Positions 1 to 11,124 of a stretch of DNA of 64,000 nt are shown here, piece after piece. Source of the DNA: Felis catus (Eukaryota). How positions within the stretch are numbered: the first letter of the stretch is position 1; each line of letters starts with the position of its first letter. Below the pieces are notes generated by a model that did no database searches, was not told the DNA's origin, and worked only from the letters and a program-made list of their open reading frames with translations. The translations under genes were made by a program, and so were the position numbers. The stretch spans positions 150,352,001 through 150,416,000 of the forward strand of contig NC_058368.1 of assembly GCF_018350175.1 (NCBI RefSeq). Reading direction: 5' to 3'.

Positions 1-168
1 GAGGTGTGAGTTGTGGCCTCCACTCTCCAAGTTACAATTTAAAAACTTAGAATGTATAGCTCAGACTAATGTACGGCCCGGTGTATATTACAGATGCTCT
101 TGGGCACCTTGGCTCCTATTTGATAATACAAATAGCCATGCTTTTCATAGACCATGACCATCTCCTAT

Positions 169-300
169 ATTCAACCATATTTATTGAATATTTATCTTTT
201 TCAAACACCAGATATATAAAGACGCAGATGTATCAAATAGAGTCTTACTCTCTAGTCATTAGCAATTCAAACTTGGACAGAGTAAAAGTTAGGAGAGAGG
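169..300 (-). mobile_element. L2 LINE 3' fragment (ancient)
   Basis: ATTCAACCATATTTATTGAATATTTA...GAGTCTTACTCTCTAGTCATTAGCAATTC resembles the reverse complement of the L2 3' end. Confidence 0.5.
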
Positions 301-1508
301 TGTTCCAAGGAATTAAATTCCCCTGACACTTGGGGGGTGGGGAGCGGAGAGGGTATTTCTTAACCTGAATGCTGTAGCACTCATGGTTTATTGTATGGGG
401 CAAAAATAAACAGCAAATACAAAGAGCAACGTTTTGAAGTCTGGTGGCACTTTTATCCTCATTAGATGTGATTATTCTTGTAATATGATACAGAGGTAGA
501 AATAAGGCTTGCTGACATATGTCTAAGAGAACTGCCCCAAAAAGGGATGGAGAAGGATGGGAGAAAAAGATAAATCTGATAGAAAAATAATAGATTCTAT
601 TTTCTAAACAAATATAAATCATTTATCTGCCATACACTATTTTTGGATAAACCTCCCAATTAGCATGGATAATGAGAAACAAGATTTGTATATTTTTTTT
701 TCAAAATATAAATTGTAGTTTACAAACCTAATATCCCAGCAAAGTATATCCAATCTAACTTTTAAATATTGTAAAGCCTTCTCTAGTAAAAGTTTCTATT
801 ATGGTCAGATACTCAGAGCTGTATTCTGCAACAGTCTAGTGAATTAGAAGATATTTGGGGAAGTCTATTTGGCTGTTTATATAACCCCAACTCAACATAA
901 ATGTGTTAAGGTTGTTAGACCCACAAAAGACAAAAAAAAATGCTAAGATCATTCTTATCTGACAATTATTTGCCAGGTTTACACAGATGACTTCTTCAAG
1001 CTCTCTTTGACACCACTTTTTCATAAATATGGTGATCGTCTCTCCAACTCCAATACTCGCATGAATTGTTCTCTTTGCACACATCACAATTTCAATATGG
1101 AAATTCAACTGTTTATTAAAAGAAAGAGCAACCAAATTTCAGAAAGCCATTTTAAAATAAATGATTGACCCCACACTACATTAATATTTAGTATGTTTTG
1201 TATTGCTTGAAAGAAGATATGATGGTATTTTTCATTTTCCTTCCATTTTAATGAGTTTCTTTAAGCTCTTAGCTTTAAGGGAGAAAAATATCCAAGCTCT
1301 TTTCTCAGCAAAAGAGCCTAAATGGTGAGTGTGGTACCAAAAGTTGATGGAATCAAGTTACCAAAGTGACTAGTGAATGAAAGGAAGGAAAAGAAAAGGA
1401 ACATTTTAGCTTCCACCTCTGTTCCATATCATGCCAGTGTTCTCACATGTCAGCACATCAGATTTAATTCAAACCTTTCAGATGAGGCATGATTCTCCTC
1501 AGGAGTCT

Positions 1509-1560
1509 GAGATGAGGAAACTGAGACTCAGGTCAAAATGCACCCAAGATCACACAGCTA
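1509..1560 (-). mobile_element. MIR core fragment
   Basis: AGATGAGGAAACTGAGACTCAG...CCCAAGATCACACAGCTA matches the MIR core. Confidence 0.7.
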
Positions 1561-1685
1561 AAACAAAGTAAAACAAAACAAAACAACGAACAAAAAACCT
1601 AGGGTCAAAATCCTGGATAAACCTCAGGAGGAATCCACCTGAGCACAAGCCAAAACAAGGTGATTCTGAATCTGAAAGCTTGGAA

Positions 1686-1736
1686 TTTTTTTTAATATAA
1701 TTTACTGTAAAATTGGTTTCTATACAACACCCAGTG
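1686..1736 (-). mobile_element. 51-bp 5'-truncated felid L1 3' terminus with target-site duplication (TSD)
   Basis: The reverse complement reads CACTGGGTGTTGTATAGAAACCAATTTTACAGTAAATTATATT(A)8, the same terminus as the L1 piece at 54295-54463. It is flanked by TGAAAGCTTGGAA (1673-1685) and TGAGAGCTTGGAA (1737-1749). Confidence 0.85.
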
Positions 1737-2749
1737 TGAGAGCTTGGAAACTAAAGGGATGGTTATACATCGTAAAGAGCGGCATGAACAAGGACATCTG
1801 GCTGAGGGCAGCATACAACAAAGAGGCCACTGTAGACTCCTCAGAATTATTTTCTAGAGAACAAATACAGAGTCTATACCTATTTTCCCCTTGACAATCT
1901 TCACATTCCTTCCATTCACCAGCTGCAAATTTAGGGATGGTTTTGAAAACTGCCTCAAAGCAGTCTTAAAATTAGATGTATCTGATTGGTTCTTTGGAGT
2001 ATTTATAGGGTTCTGCTGTAATCTGATGATGTCAGGTTCACTAGAGTTTTGTGGGACTTGCTTCCATGGAGACAATCTCTAAAAGTCCTCAATTCCAAAA
2101 ATGAACTTCTCTTTGACAATGTGGATCCCTTACCCACCATTCCCCCACCCTTAATCCAAAGGTTTCTTTGGTTCAGTCCCCATTTTGCATACTAAGTATA
2201 TCTGAACCCTATATTCCTACCAGTTCTTTCTCTGAGTGTCAGTGCCATGAGGAGGAATTTCTACTAATCTTTCTAGAAAATTCTGTGGAAATAAAGGGAC
2301 AGAGAAAGGAGCTGACCAGTTCTTCATCATCCAATATTGCAGCTATACAGTAACAGCCTGTAAGTGATACTCATATCATTGGGATCAAGGTTAAAGTTAC
2401 CTAGGTAGCTTGAAGGCTCTGAGTGTTAATAAAGGAAAACATCAGCATTTCACAAGAGATGAGAATTTAAGTGTCATTCAGGTAAGTATTTTACAAAATT
2501 CTGCTTCCTATAGTGCAATTATGGTATATATACTTAAATGACTAGGCATTTAATCCAATAACAAATTGCGTGCCCTATAAAATTGTGTGGTTCCTTTATA
2601 GGTGAAGAAATTGCTAAGTTGCAAATAATATTATCATGTATCTGTTGGGCTCATGTAAGTTCTTCTCAGACTAGAAAAGATCCCAATTATGAACCTAAGA
2701 TTAATCCCATTCTTTCTACCCAGTGCTTGTTGTAGTGTCCACAGATGCA

Positions 2750-3480
2750 TGTCATAGCTGCCATCTTAGATAAAATGCTCCTTCTGAACAATGCCCAAAT
2801 ATGCCTAAAATTGCAGACGACAGTTGTGAGCTTTTTTGCTTGCTTATCTGTCTGCCTTCGATGTGACCCTAAATTAGGCCTCAGAAGGTATAGTGTTTAA
2901 TACAGATTCCGGGCACAATATACCTTCTCACAATTAGTTGAAAGTGCTGTTTTGTAATTAAAGGGTGAAGTGGGGCATGATGAACATATGGAAAAGGAGA
3001 CCCTTAATAAGTGATGGAGCCTTCAAAAGAAATTGCTAATTAGTATGCATTTGATGTGCACTATACCAATTTTAAGACTTTGCCTTGAATAAATTGCTAT
3101 GTTGGGTGTTCGAAGGAGTGGTGAGATTAGCATTTACAAAGGGGGCAATTTTCTGTCTTCTTGACTCTGTTAAATGGAGGAAATAACTTCCAAGACTGGA
3201 GCAGTAGTTAGCCCATCAATCACTCTCACAGCTGGAAACTGGGGATCCCAAATGCGGAGATCAGTTAATCCGTCAGCTAATAAGTTCATAGTGGCACCAT
3301 ATGGCGCAGGGCCACTCCACACTGGGACAAGGACAGAACTGTTTACATAGGCATGCTGCTTTCTCAGGTAGCTCCCTGCTGACAGAACCCTTTGTTCTGA
3401 AGGATCAATTTACTTTGCACAGTAAATTGACTGAATTGGTCAGTTCAGAGCATATAATTGTTGGCTAATCCTGTGGAATC
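2750..3480. promoter_or_regulatory. candidate conserved non-coding element / developmental enhancer
   Basis: No recognisable repeat. Motifs: CTAATTAG (3036-3043) next to ATGCAT (3045-3050), PBX-type CCATCAATCA (3213-3222), TAATCC (3266-3271), CCATATGG (3297-3304), TGTTTAC and TGACAG. Several CpGs are retained. Confidence 0.45.
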
Positions 3481-5959
3481 ATGTCCCATCCATGTGAGAG
3501 GGACAAAGAGGTGCTGCCCATGGTCTGGTCTAGGTTATCATCCTGGGGCTATTCTCACAGGACAGGTTGGACACTGATTAAAGGACCAGGGGATGGTAGA
3601 TATGTGTTGAGCAATGACTTCAAACACCAAAAGAAAGAGAAACCCTGCCATGCTCAGAAGGACTTTTCTGACTGTCTTTATCCAACTAGTACCACAACTT
3701 AACCTGGAATCAAAACAGACAGTCAGTCCAAGCAATTGAGGTGCAGACCCTTTTCCAAATACTCACCTAGAAGATGGAAAAGGTACTGTTCCATCTCCAA
3801 ATGTAATAAGTAACTAAACTCATGTTCCTTTCTAAATTTACCTTCTGTTTAAAAAAAGGAAACGAAAGGAACTAAGAAAGAAAAAGAAGTTTAAGAGATA
3901 TGTCCAAAAAAGCATGGATACTGCAAGTTAAGCGAGAAGCACATTTCTTAGGCATTGTGCCAGTGGCAGAGGCTTCCACTGTTAACGCCTATGTATGGGA
4001 AAATGCATCAGGGCTTTTCAGAGCAAACGAGAGCAGAATCTTCCCATCCTTGCACATTGGTGTGAACCCTGTCACTTTGTTCTATAGATGTGTTTGATCT
4101 GACTTTGTTTTTTCCTTCTCACGTACAAAAATAAAAGAAGAATAAATAAAATGAAAAAATTCCACCAAGAGAGATAAATGTTGGACATAGTTCCCTCCAA
4201 CCAAAGGTTGTCTTCAATAGCTAGTGTCAATAGAATCATTTCACATCAATGGTTTGAAAAGAGAATTGTGTTCAATAGGGACCGAAGCCATTTGGAGTTG
4301 CTGAGAGGACATTTGCTTATTAAATGTCTGAACAGTAATGAACTTTATACAACCACACCGAAGTTTCCACCAATTAAGGGGCTATTGATTTCCTTACTTA
4401 TTTTATTGAGAATTCTGAGATAAGTGTAACAATGAAAATTGCAGCAAGTTTTTGGCTAGACAATATGTGTGATCTTAGGGGTTATCTCAATTTTTTCCTT
4501 TAAAGAAATTTATAGGAAGGGGCATCTAGTTTAATGGCGGTTGACATATTCTACCATAGAAACTCTAAAATTAACAATTCTCAAATATCGCCAGTGTATC
4601 TTCTGAAATTCCTATGTATCTGCGATGTTTTTCCTCTCACGGAATTTTTTGTCTATTACCACATCCACAGTATTCAGCATTCTGCAGCATTAAAAAAAAT
4701 GCAAAACCAAGAGCATTTGTATATTTTATTTTAGGAACTGCCATAATGAGAATAAGATAAAATAGAAATAATGCTGTAGAAGCGCTTTTAAGTTAAACTT
4801 GTGAAATGGGGGGAAAAAGCAGAAAATGCAAATTGTATAAAGAAAACATCTAAGCAGGAGTCTTATGTGAAAGCAGGCACTTTGCCAAAAGAAGTCTTTT
4901 TACAGAGCAAAAGGCCCTTTGTGATTTTTGGTAAAATTTTCTCTCTCAAATGTTGTTATCAAATTGGATTCTCCCTCTCCATAGACTGCATGTGAGGCAA
5001 GCTTAAACCCTTTCTAAGCCATTCATGTGCCAATTTTTCATTTATTTAAATAAAACTTGCCCAAGTACATACTCTGAAGTCGACTTGAATTCCCAGGCCC
5101 CGAATTACCAAGATCAAATCCATCCCCTTTGCCCTATGCTGAATCTCCACGAATCTCCACCCTACCCCCATCTTCGCATTTACCATCCTGTAGAGGTAAT
5201 GCCAATGTTTTTGCATTCAAAACTAAAAGATAGGGCTCAGTCATTGAAATGTATGTTGTATTTTGCATATTGTACATGTATGGCATACTGTATAATTGGA
5301 ATGAAGTAAACTTTATACATTTAATAACTTTCAATCTTTAATGATCTTTAAGTATAGGAGTAGGTTTAAAGAGATTATAATAATTACATTTCACAAAAAT
5401 ACTGTCAAAGCTTCTACCCATTTCTTTATTTTATGTGCACTCATGCCCTTCCTCTGCTGTCTAAACTCTCTATAGTACTTACACTGGAAATATCTGAAGT
5501 TTTTTTTTTTAAATGGAGTATGCTCTTCACAGTAAGTGGCAGTATGTCTTAACTTTTAAGAGTGATTTTTGAATTCATTATCTCAAAATCTTACACAAAA
5601 TCTTCCATGTTTAACTTTTTTTTTTAAATGTGCAAAAAATAAGAAACCAAGGGAAAAATATATGCGTTTTCTCCCTTTTGTTACTGCTGACCTCCTCCTC
5701 CCTGGGCCTTTCTCATTGAAGACAAAGAAAACTTCTCTCCCGTCTCATTGTAGTATGTCCCCTTACAGGCTCTATCTCTTAAATACATCATTAGATGTGT
5801 TTTCTTTATTCTGTAGTTTCAGACTAAAGAAATGCCTATTCAAGGGCTTTAGAAATTTGCTGTTTTTCAGAACTAGCTTTGGGCACATGGGTTGGTCAGT
5901 AGAGTTCCTCATAGACTAACACAAGGCAAAGGTCAAGACCATGGGTGATTTCTCCTTAT

Positions 5960-6228
5960 GGTGGCAGCAATTTCTCCACCTACCCACCTAAAATTTTAAT
6001 TTCAAATTTATAATATTTCCCTTCCTTACTTTATCTCCTTAGCAATGAGCCCTATTTAACATATTATGTTTTTTGTTTATTGATGTTTTCCATTGTCCCC
6101 TCCCGCAAATGTAAGCCACATGAGGGTAAAGATTTTTTTCTCTTTTGTTCACTTCTGTGTCCTAGTATCTTGAAGGGCACCTAGCACATAGTAGGCCCTC
6201 AAAAACTAATGTCAAATGAATGAAAGAA
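5960..6228 (+). mobile_element. L2 (L2a-like) 3' end
   Basis: AATGTAAGCCACATGAGGGTAAAGATTTT...TTGTTCACTTCTGTGTCCTAG...CACCTAGCACATAGTAGGCCCTCAA...ATGAATGAA is the canonical L2 terminus. Confidence 0.8.
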
Positions 6229-6730
6229 ACAATATGACCTGAAATCTTGGACAAAAATTATATTATCCGCAAGTGGAATAAAATATACTAATTTTCCCTC
6301 AATGAAATGAACTATTATAAAAGATTATTTCAAGTCCTTTTGCAGACAATCTTTACTATCAATCCTGTAAATGCTTGTTTTTCAAATTGTGGATAACATG
6401 TGACTTTTAGGCATTGTTGTAGATAAGGATGGAAACAGAAAAAGGTGATATCCTTTCTCTTGCTACTTGTTTGATATTTTAAGTAAAGATTTGATATAAT
6501 ATGGAAACTGAAGCCTAACGATAAGGTTTGGATATATCCACGCATTTAACTTCTTCCATATACTAGTCTCTGTTTCTTCACTATGAATTGCTGGAAATTA
6601 ATTGATTTGGTAGAGAAGCTTTAAAGTTTTAAATTCCCAACTTTTAATAAAGACCATGTACCAAATTTATTACAGTTACATATAATAGGTTACACAAAAT
6701 CCCTTTCTTCTAAAAGTCTGTATTCTAGCC

Positions 6731-6906
6731 TCTGGTGTGCTAGAGCCAGCTTTTACAAGCTTGTGAGAGTGGATTTAACGCCTCTCTTCCAGACTTCATG
6801 CTCAGTGACATCATATTGGTATCTTGAAGCTGGGCATGGGTGAAGTACCTCAACAATGGGTAGATGTTGCAAAGAGACACTGTTAACACTTATCAGTACA
6901 CTACCA
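6731..6906 (+). mobile_element. MER63-like hAT non-autonomous DNA transposon
   Basis: Starts TGGTGTGCTAGAGCCAGCT, contains CAGTGACATCATATTGGTATCTTGAAGCTGGGCATGG and ends TTAACACTTATCAGTACACTACC, resembling the MER63A consensus with degenerate terminal inverted repeats (TIRs). Confidence 0.65.
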
Positions 6907-9271
6907 GTACTATCTGAGTCTGATGAAACCAAAAGCTAGCGAGTATACTACGAAACAAAAGGGAGATACAAGTTCCCGACATAAAATACTTTGGTTCACA
7001 CTAACCTGGAAAACAACAGATTTCCCAACTCTCTTCCCAATGCCTTACTCATTTATTGCCTCTTTTCCTATCAAGCCATAAAGAATGCTTTCAAGTATTA
7101 TTCTTTAAATGAAGAGATTTGCCATAGCAACTATTTTTCTACGTGTCCAGGGAATACTTATTATATGATGAATGATGATGGTATACAGATAATAAATCTT
7201 AACTCAAGGGAAGAAAAAAAAAACTGTTTTATTACTCCCTTTGAAACGCAGGATGTCAGACTGCAATGGGGTACTTTATGCCACACCCTTCTTCCTGGTA
7301 CTTCTGTACAGAATTATTCAGAAACAGGAAGTTGATTCTGATTCATTTGCAACAGTAGTCTGAGTAATACACTTGTGTAAAATGTACTAGAGGAAACCAT
7401 GAGAGTCTGACAAATTCGGGGGGGGGTGGGGAACTTTAGTAGGGCAAAGAAGGCTGGAATATTTAAAAATGATTTTTAAAAGCCATGAAGGTCCAAGTTT
7501 TGGTGGTTCACTTGTGAGACGTGCTCGAGTGAACTGCATAATACCTTGAACAAAAGACAAATCATATGTTTGAATCACTTCACTTTTGTTTATGGATGTT
7601 CATATGTTAATGTTGTTGGCTTCTTAAAATGCCTTTATGTGTTGGTGGTTTGTGTTTAAAAAAAGATCTGAGCAAAGTGGTATTTGTAAAGATAAAGACA
7701 CTGTATAGTAAAATCATATAGAGCATTGTCAATCTTTTAACTAAAATATATCAAGAATGCTTCATTGATTTTTTTAAAATTAATCAAAGATTTAAAAGAT
7801 AGACACTTATACAGTGAGATAACATAGAACCTTAAAGCTATAAAAGGCTTATAAATTATTTCATACTTGTGAATAAATGCAAAACACATATGTTAATACT
7901 CACCACCTCCTACCCCTTTGCAGATAAGACTAACTGACCAAGACATTCTTTGCCACTGTTCCCAAACTTAGTTTCACAGCATGGGTAGCTCAAAGCTCTG
8001 GATGGCCACTACCAGTTATTAGGCATAGCATACAACATCAAACCAATTTACCAATCCTAATATTGGTAAACTCTTTTATTTTACAGTTTTCCTCCGTGGG
8101 CACACGGAGTGAAAGAAAGCTACTTTCTCATCCAGTGATAAATTCAATTGCTGGATAAAATGTTTGAAAGAATTTTAAAATATATGCCTGTGCTCTAAGA
8201 AAGAAGTTAAGTCCTCAGACCCCAGGAATGAAGAAGAAACTTAAAGACAGACATGTACTTGTTAGTCAACACCATGCTAGGCCAGGGAAATATTCATTGT
8301 AAACTCTTACTGTTAAGTCCTCTGGTCTTAATACACAGGCAGTCTCAAGACATGTGGCCTTGGACTCATCTGAAATGTGGTGCTGAAATGGAATGTGCTA
8401 CATACACCTGGTATCCTGAAACTCCATTCTAGGGAAAGGAAGTTGTAAAACTCTATTCATAGTCCTAGGAAAGTGAAGGCAAAAAAAAGTGCCATAAGAA
8501 ATACTATCTCCAATTCTTCTCTACACATGGGTTTGCAATTTGAATTATGCTTCTTGAGTTATTGCAAAATGTCATGAAAAGGTTACAGTAAAATCTAGTT
8601 AAAGACCAATAAAAACTATGGGGTGCATAGGAAAGGCTAATACAAGTATACTGAATTAGGATACTTCCAAAATCAAGAGCACAGAAATGCTCCCTTAAAA
8701 CACAATTACAGCTGAAGACACGTATACAATCAAACAGTTCATGATTTACCATGAGAGAAAGTGGGCAGAGCCAAAATAGGAAGAGGAGCTCTTCAAGACC
8801 TTGAGATAATAAAATAATCTGAAAGAGACCATGGAAAAAAGTAGGTTTAAAAACAACACATTTTTTAAAATAGAAACTATAATAAAAATAACACACTATG
8901 AAAAAAGAAGAGTTGAAATTGAAAAAGACTCAAGTCAACTTCCAGAAATGAAAAACAGTCACTTAAGTTAAAAACTCAGTTGATGGGTTGAAATATGAAA
9001 ACTAAACAGATGATATGTGAAGCAAAGTATACAGATCTGAGGAAATTACTCACAATTACAATACAGAGTCAAAGAGAATGAAAAGAGATTAAGAGGCATG
9101 GAGCAAAGACTGAAGAAGCCCAACATACATCTCATAGAAATTCTATAAGAAGAAAATAGAGAAAAAACAAAAGAAAGGCAATACCCAAAGATTATGGCTA
9201 AGAATTTCAAATATATATGAAAACCATAAATATTTGGAATAAGGAAGTACAATTAATCCCAAGTATAATAA

Positions 9272-9350
9272 AATACATATACGTACACACGCAAACACAC
9301 ACACACACACATACACACATATATACACATACATGCACACACACATACAC
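9272..9350. repeat. compound (CA)n/(TACA)n microsatellite
   Basis: Directly visible; it explains the MCVCMYVYICVYVC ORF. Confidence 0.9.
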
Positions 9351-9731
9351 TTGAAACATCAAAGAGAAAGGGAAATTTAAAAGCAATTGGAGTACAAAAG
9401 ATTATGCACATATGAAACATTTAGACTGAGAATCGATTTCTTATCAGTATGATACATGCTAGAAAACAATGGAGTAATATCTTTAAAGAGCAAAAGAAAA
9501 TAGCTGCTAATCTAAAACTATCATTCAAGAGTGCAAAATGAAGATATTTCCTTTTCAAAAAAATGAGAGAATTTACCATTCTTAGATTCTGAATACTATA
9601 AGCTATTTTAAGTGGAAAATCAAAACCAGAAGGAAGTAATATGAGCAACATACAGGGAAATATGAATGTATGGCTGCAAAAGCATTGTCTATAAAATAAC
9701 ACACTGTGTATTTTATAAATTTAAAGACTAT

Positions 9732-9948
9732 GGGGGAGCCTGGGTGGCTCCGTCGGTTAAGCATCAGACTCCGGCTCAGAACATAATCTCACAGCTTGTG
9801 AGTTCAATCCCCACATCTGGCTCTGTGCTGACAGCTCAGAGTCCGGAGCATGCTTTGGATTCTGCGTCTCCCTCTCTCTCTGCCCCTCCCCTGCTCACTC
9901 TCTGTCTCTCTCTCAAAAATTAAAAAAAAAAAAAAAAAACATTAAAAA
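9732..9948 (+). mobile_element. CanSINE (felid SINEC)
   Basis: GGGGGAGCCTGGGTGGCTCCGTCGGTTAAG tRNA-like head, (CT)n, A tail; TSD AAATTTAAAGAC(T/A)AT. Confidence 0.95.
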
Positions 9949-10514
9949 AAATTTAAAGACAATGGACAATAACAACGGAAGCTAGGAAAAATGAGTAATC
10001 AGAGTTAAAGCATGCAAAGGTCCTATTGGTAAAAGTGGAAAAATATTACTTATAGACTTAGTTAAATCTAGCACATATGTAAATTATTTTATAGCCATCC
10101 AATTAAAAAAATGAATCAGAATGCAAACATACAACCTACTAGAAGACAAAAGGGAATATAGAGAGAATAAACAGGAGAAAAGGGGGAAAGAAATTTTGAA
10201 AAAGCAAGGTAAAGAGAAAAAATATTTATAGCTAGAATATAAATAAGTGTAAATCAGATATTCTCAGAGTGGATGAAAAAAGAATCCAATCATAAGCAGT
10301 TAGCAGAAGCCATCCTAAAGCTTGATAGGTAACACTTTTTGCACACCTCACAAGGCCATCTTAAAGCTCTTTATATTTAATACTTTATCTATCATAATAG
10401 TCCATCCCCTGAGGTAGGAATTATTATTAGGAAGAGGTGGAAAGGGACTCAAATTCAGGCAATCTGTCCCCCAAATCTGTGCTTAATCACCTACTATCAT
10501 TAGAGTAAGAACAA

Positions 10515-10732
10515 AATAACTAGCACTTGTTGAGTACTTAATAAAACACAGTTCTAAGTGATTTTCCCACACTAACGTATTTGATACTCACAATAAACCT
10601 ATGAAGTATTCCTATTTTGCAGATGATGACAGTGAAGCATAGAGAGGTTGTGTATCTAATCCCAGATACACAGCTATAGGTAACAGTCTTGTTCTGAAGG
10701 CCATGTTCTTAATCCCAGTGCTAAACTACCTT
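10515..10732 (-). mobile_element. MIR (with a probable second MIR fragment at ~10330-10500)
   Basis: TAGCACTTGTTGAGTACTTA...CCTATTTTGCAGATGATGACAGTGAAGCATAGAGAGGTT...GTTCTTAATCCCAGTGCTAAACT. Confidence 0.8.
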
Positions 10733-10896
10733 ACATCCATGATGGCATAAGAAGTTTGACAGTAAAGGAGAGAAAAAGGGTTGGAAAAGAGTGTACTCCA
10801 AAGAGAATACTAGTCTAAGAAAGCTGTTGTCACAATACACATACTAGACAAAATAGACCTTAAGTAAAAAGCAGGATTAAAAATAGAATTACGATA

Positions 10897-11124
10897 GGGG
10901 CGGGTGCCTGGGTGGCTCAGTCGGCTAGGTGACCGACTTCGGCTCAGGTCATGATCGCAGGGTTCATGGGTTCAAGCCCCGCAATGGGCTCTGTGCTGAA
11001 CACTTGCTCAGAGCCTGGAGCCTGCTTCAGATTCTGTGTCTCCTTCTCTCTCTGCCCCTCCCCCGCTTGTGCTCTGTCTCACTATGTCTCTCAAAAATAA
11101 ATAAAGGTAAAAAAAATAAAAAAA
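10897..11124 (+). mobile_element. CanSINE (felid SINEC)
   Basis: GGGTGCCTGGGTGGCTCAGTCGG head, (CT)n, AATAAATAAA tail; degenerate TSD AAAAATAGAATTACGATA / AAAAATAGTTACCATA. Confidence 0.95.

Noticed and set aside
2479..2487. Perfect splice donor CAG|GTAAGT
   Set aside because: Isolated, with no convincing upstream acceptor or reading frame.
5141..5160. 10-bp tandem duplication (similar ones at 12334-12354 and 51965-52002)
   Set aside because: Ordinary slippage micro-duplications, not an array.
8092..8128. Two adjacent small hairpins (CTCCGTG-GGCA-CACGGAG; AGAAAG-CTA-CTTTCT)
   Set aside because: Stems of 6-7 bp are expected by chance in 64 kb, and there is no RNA-gene context.
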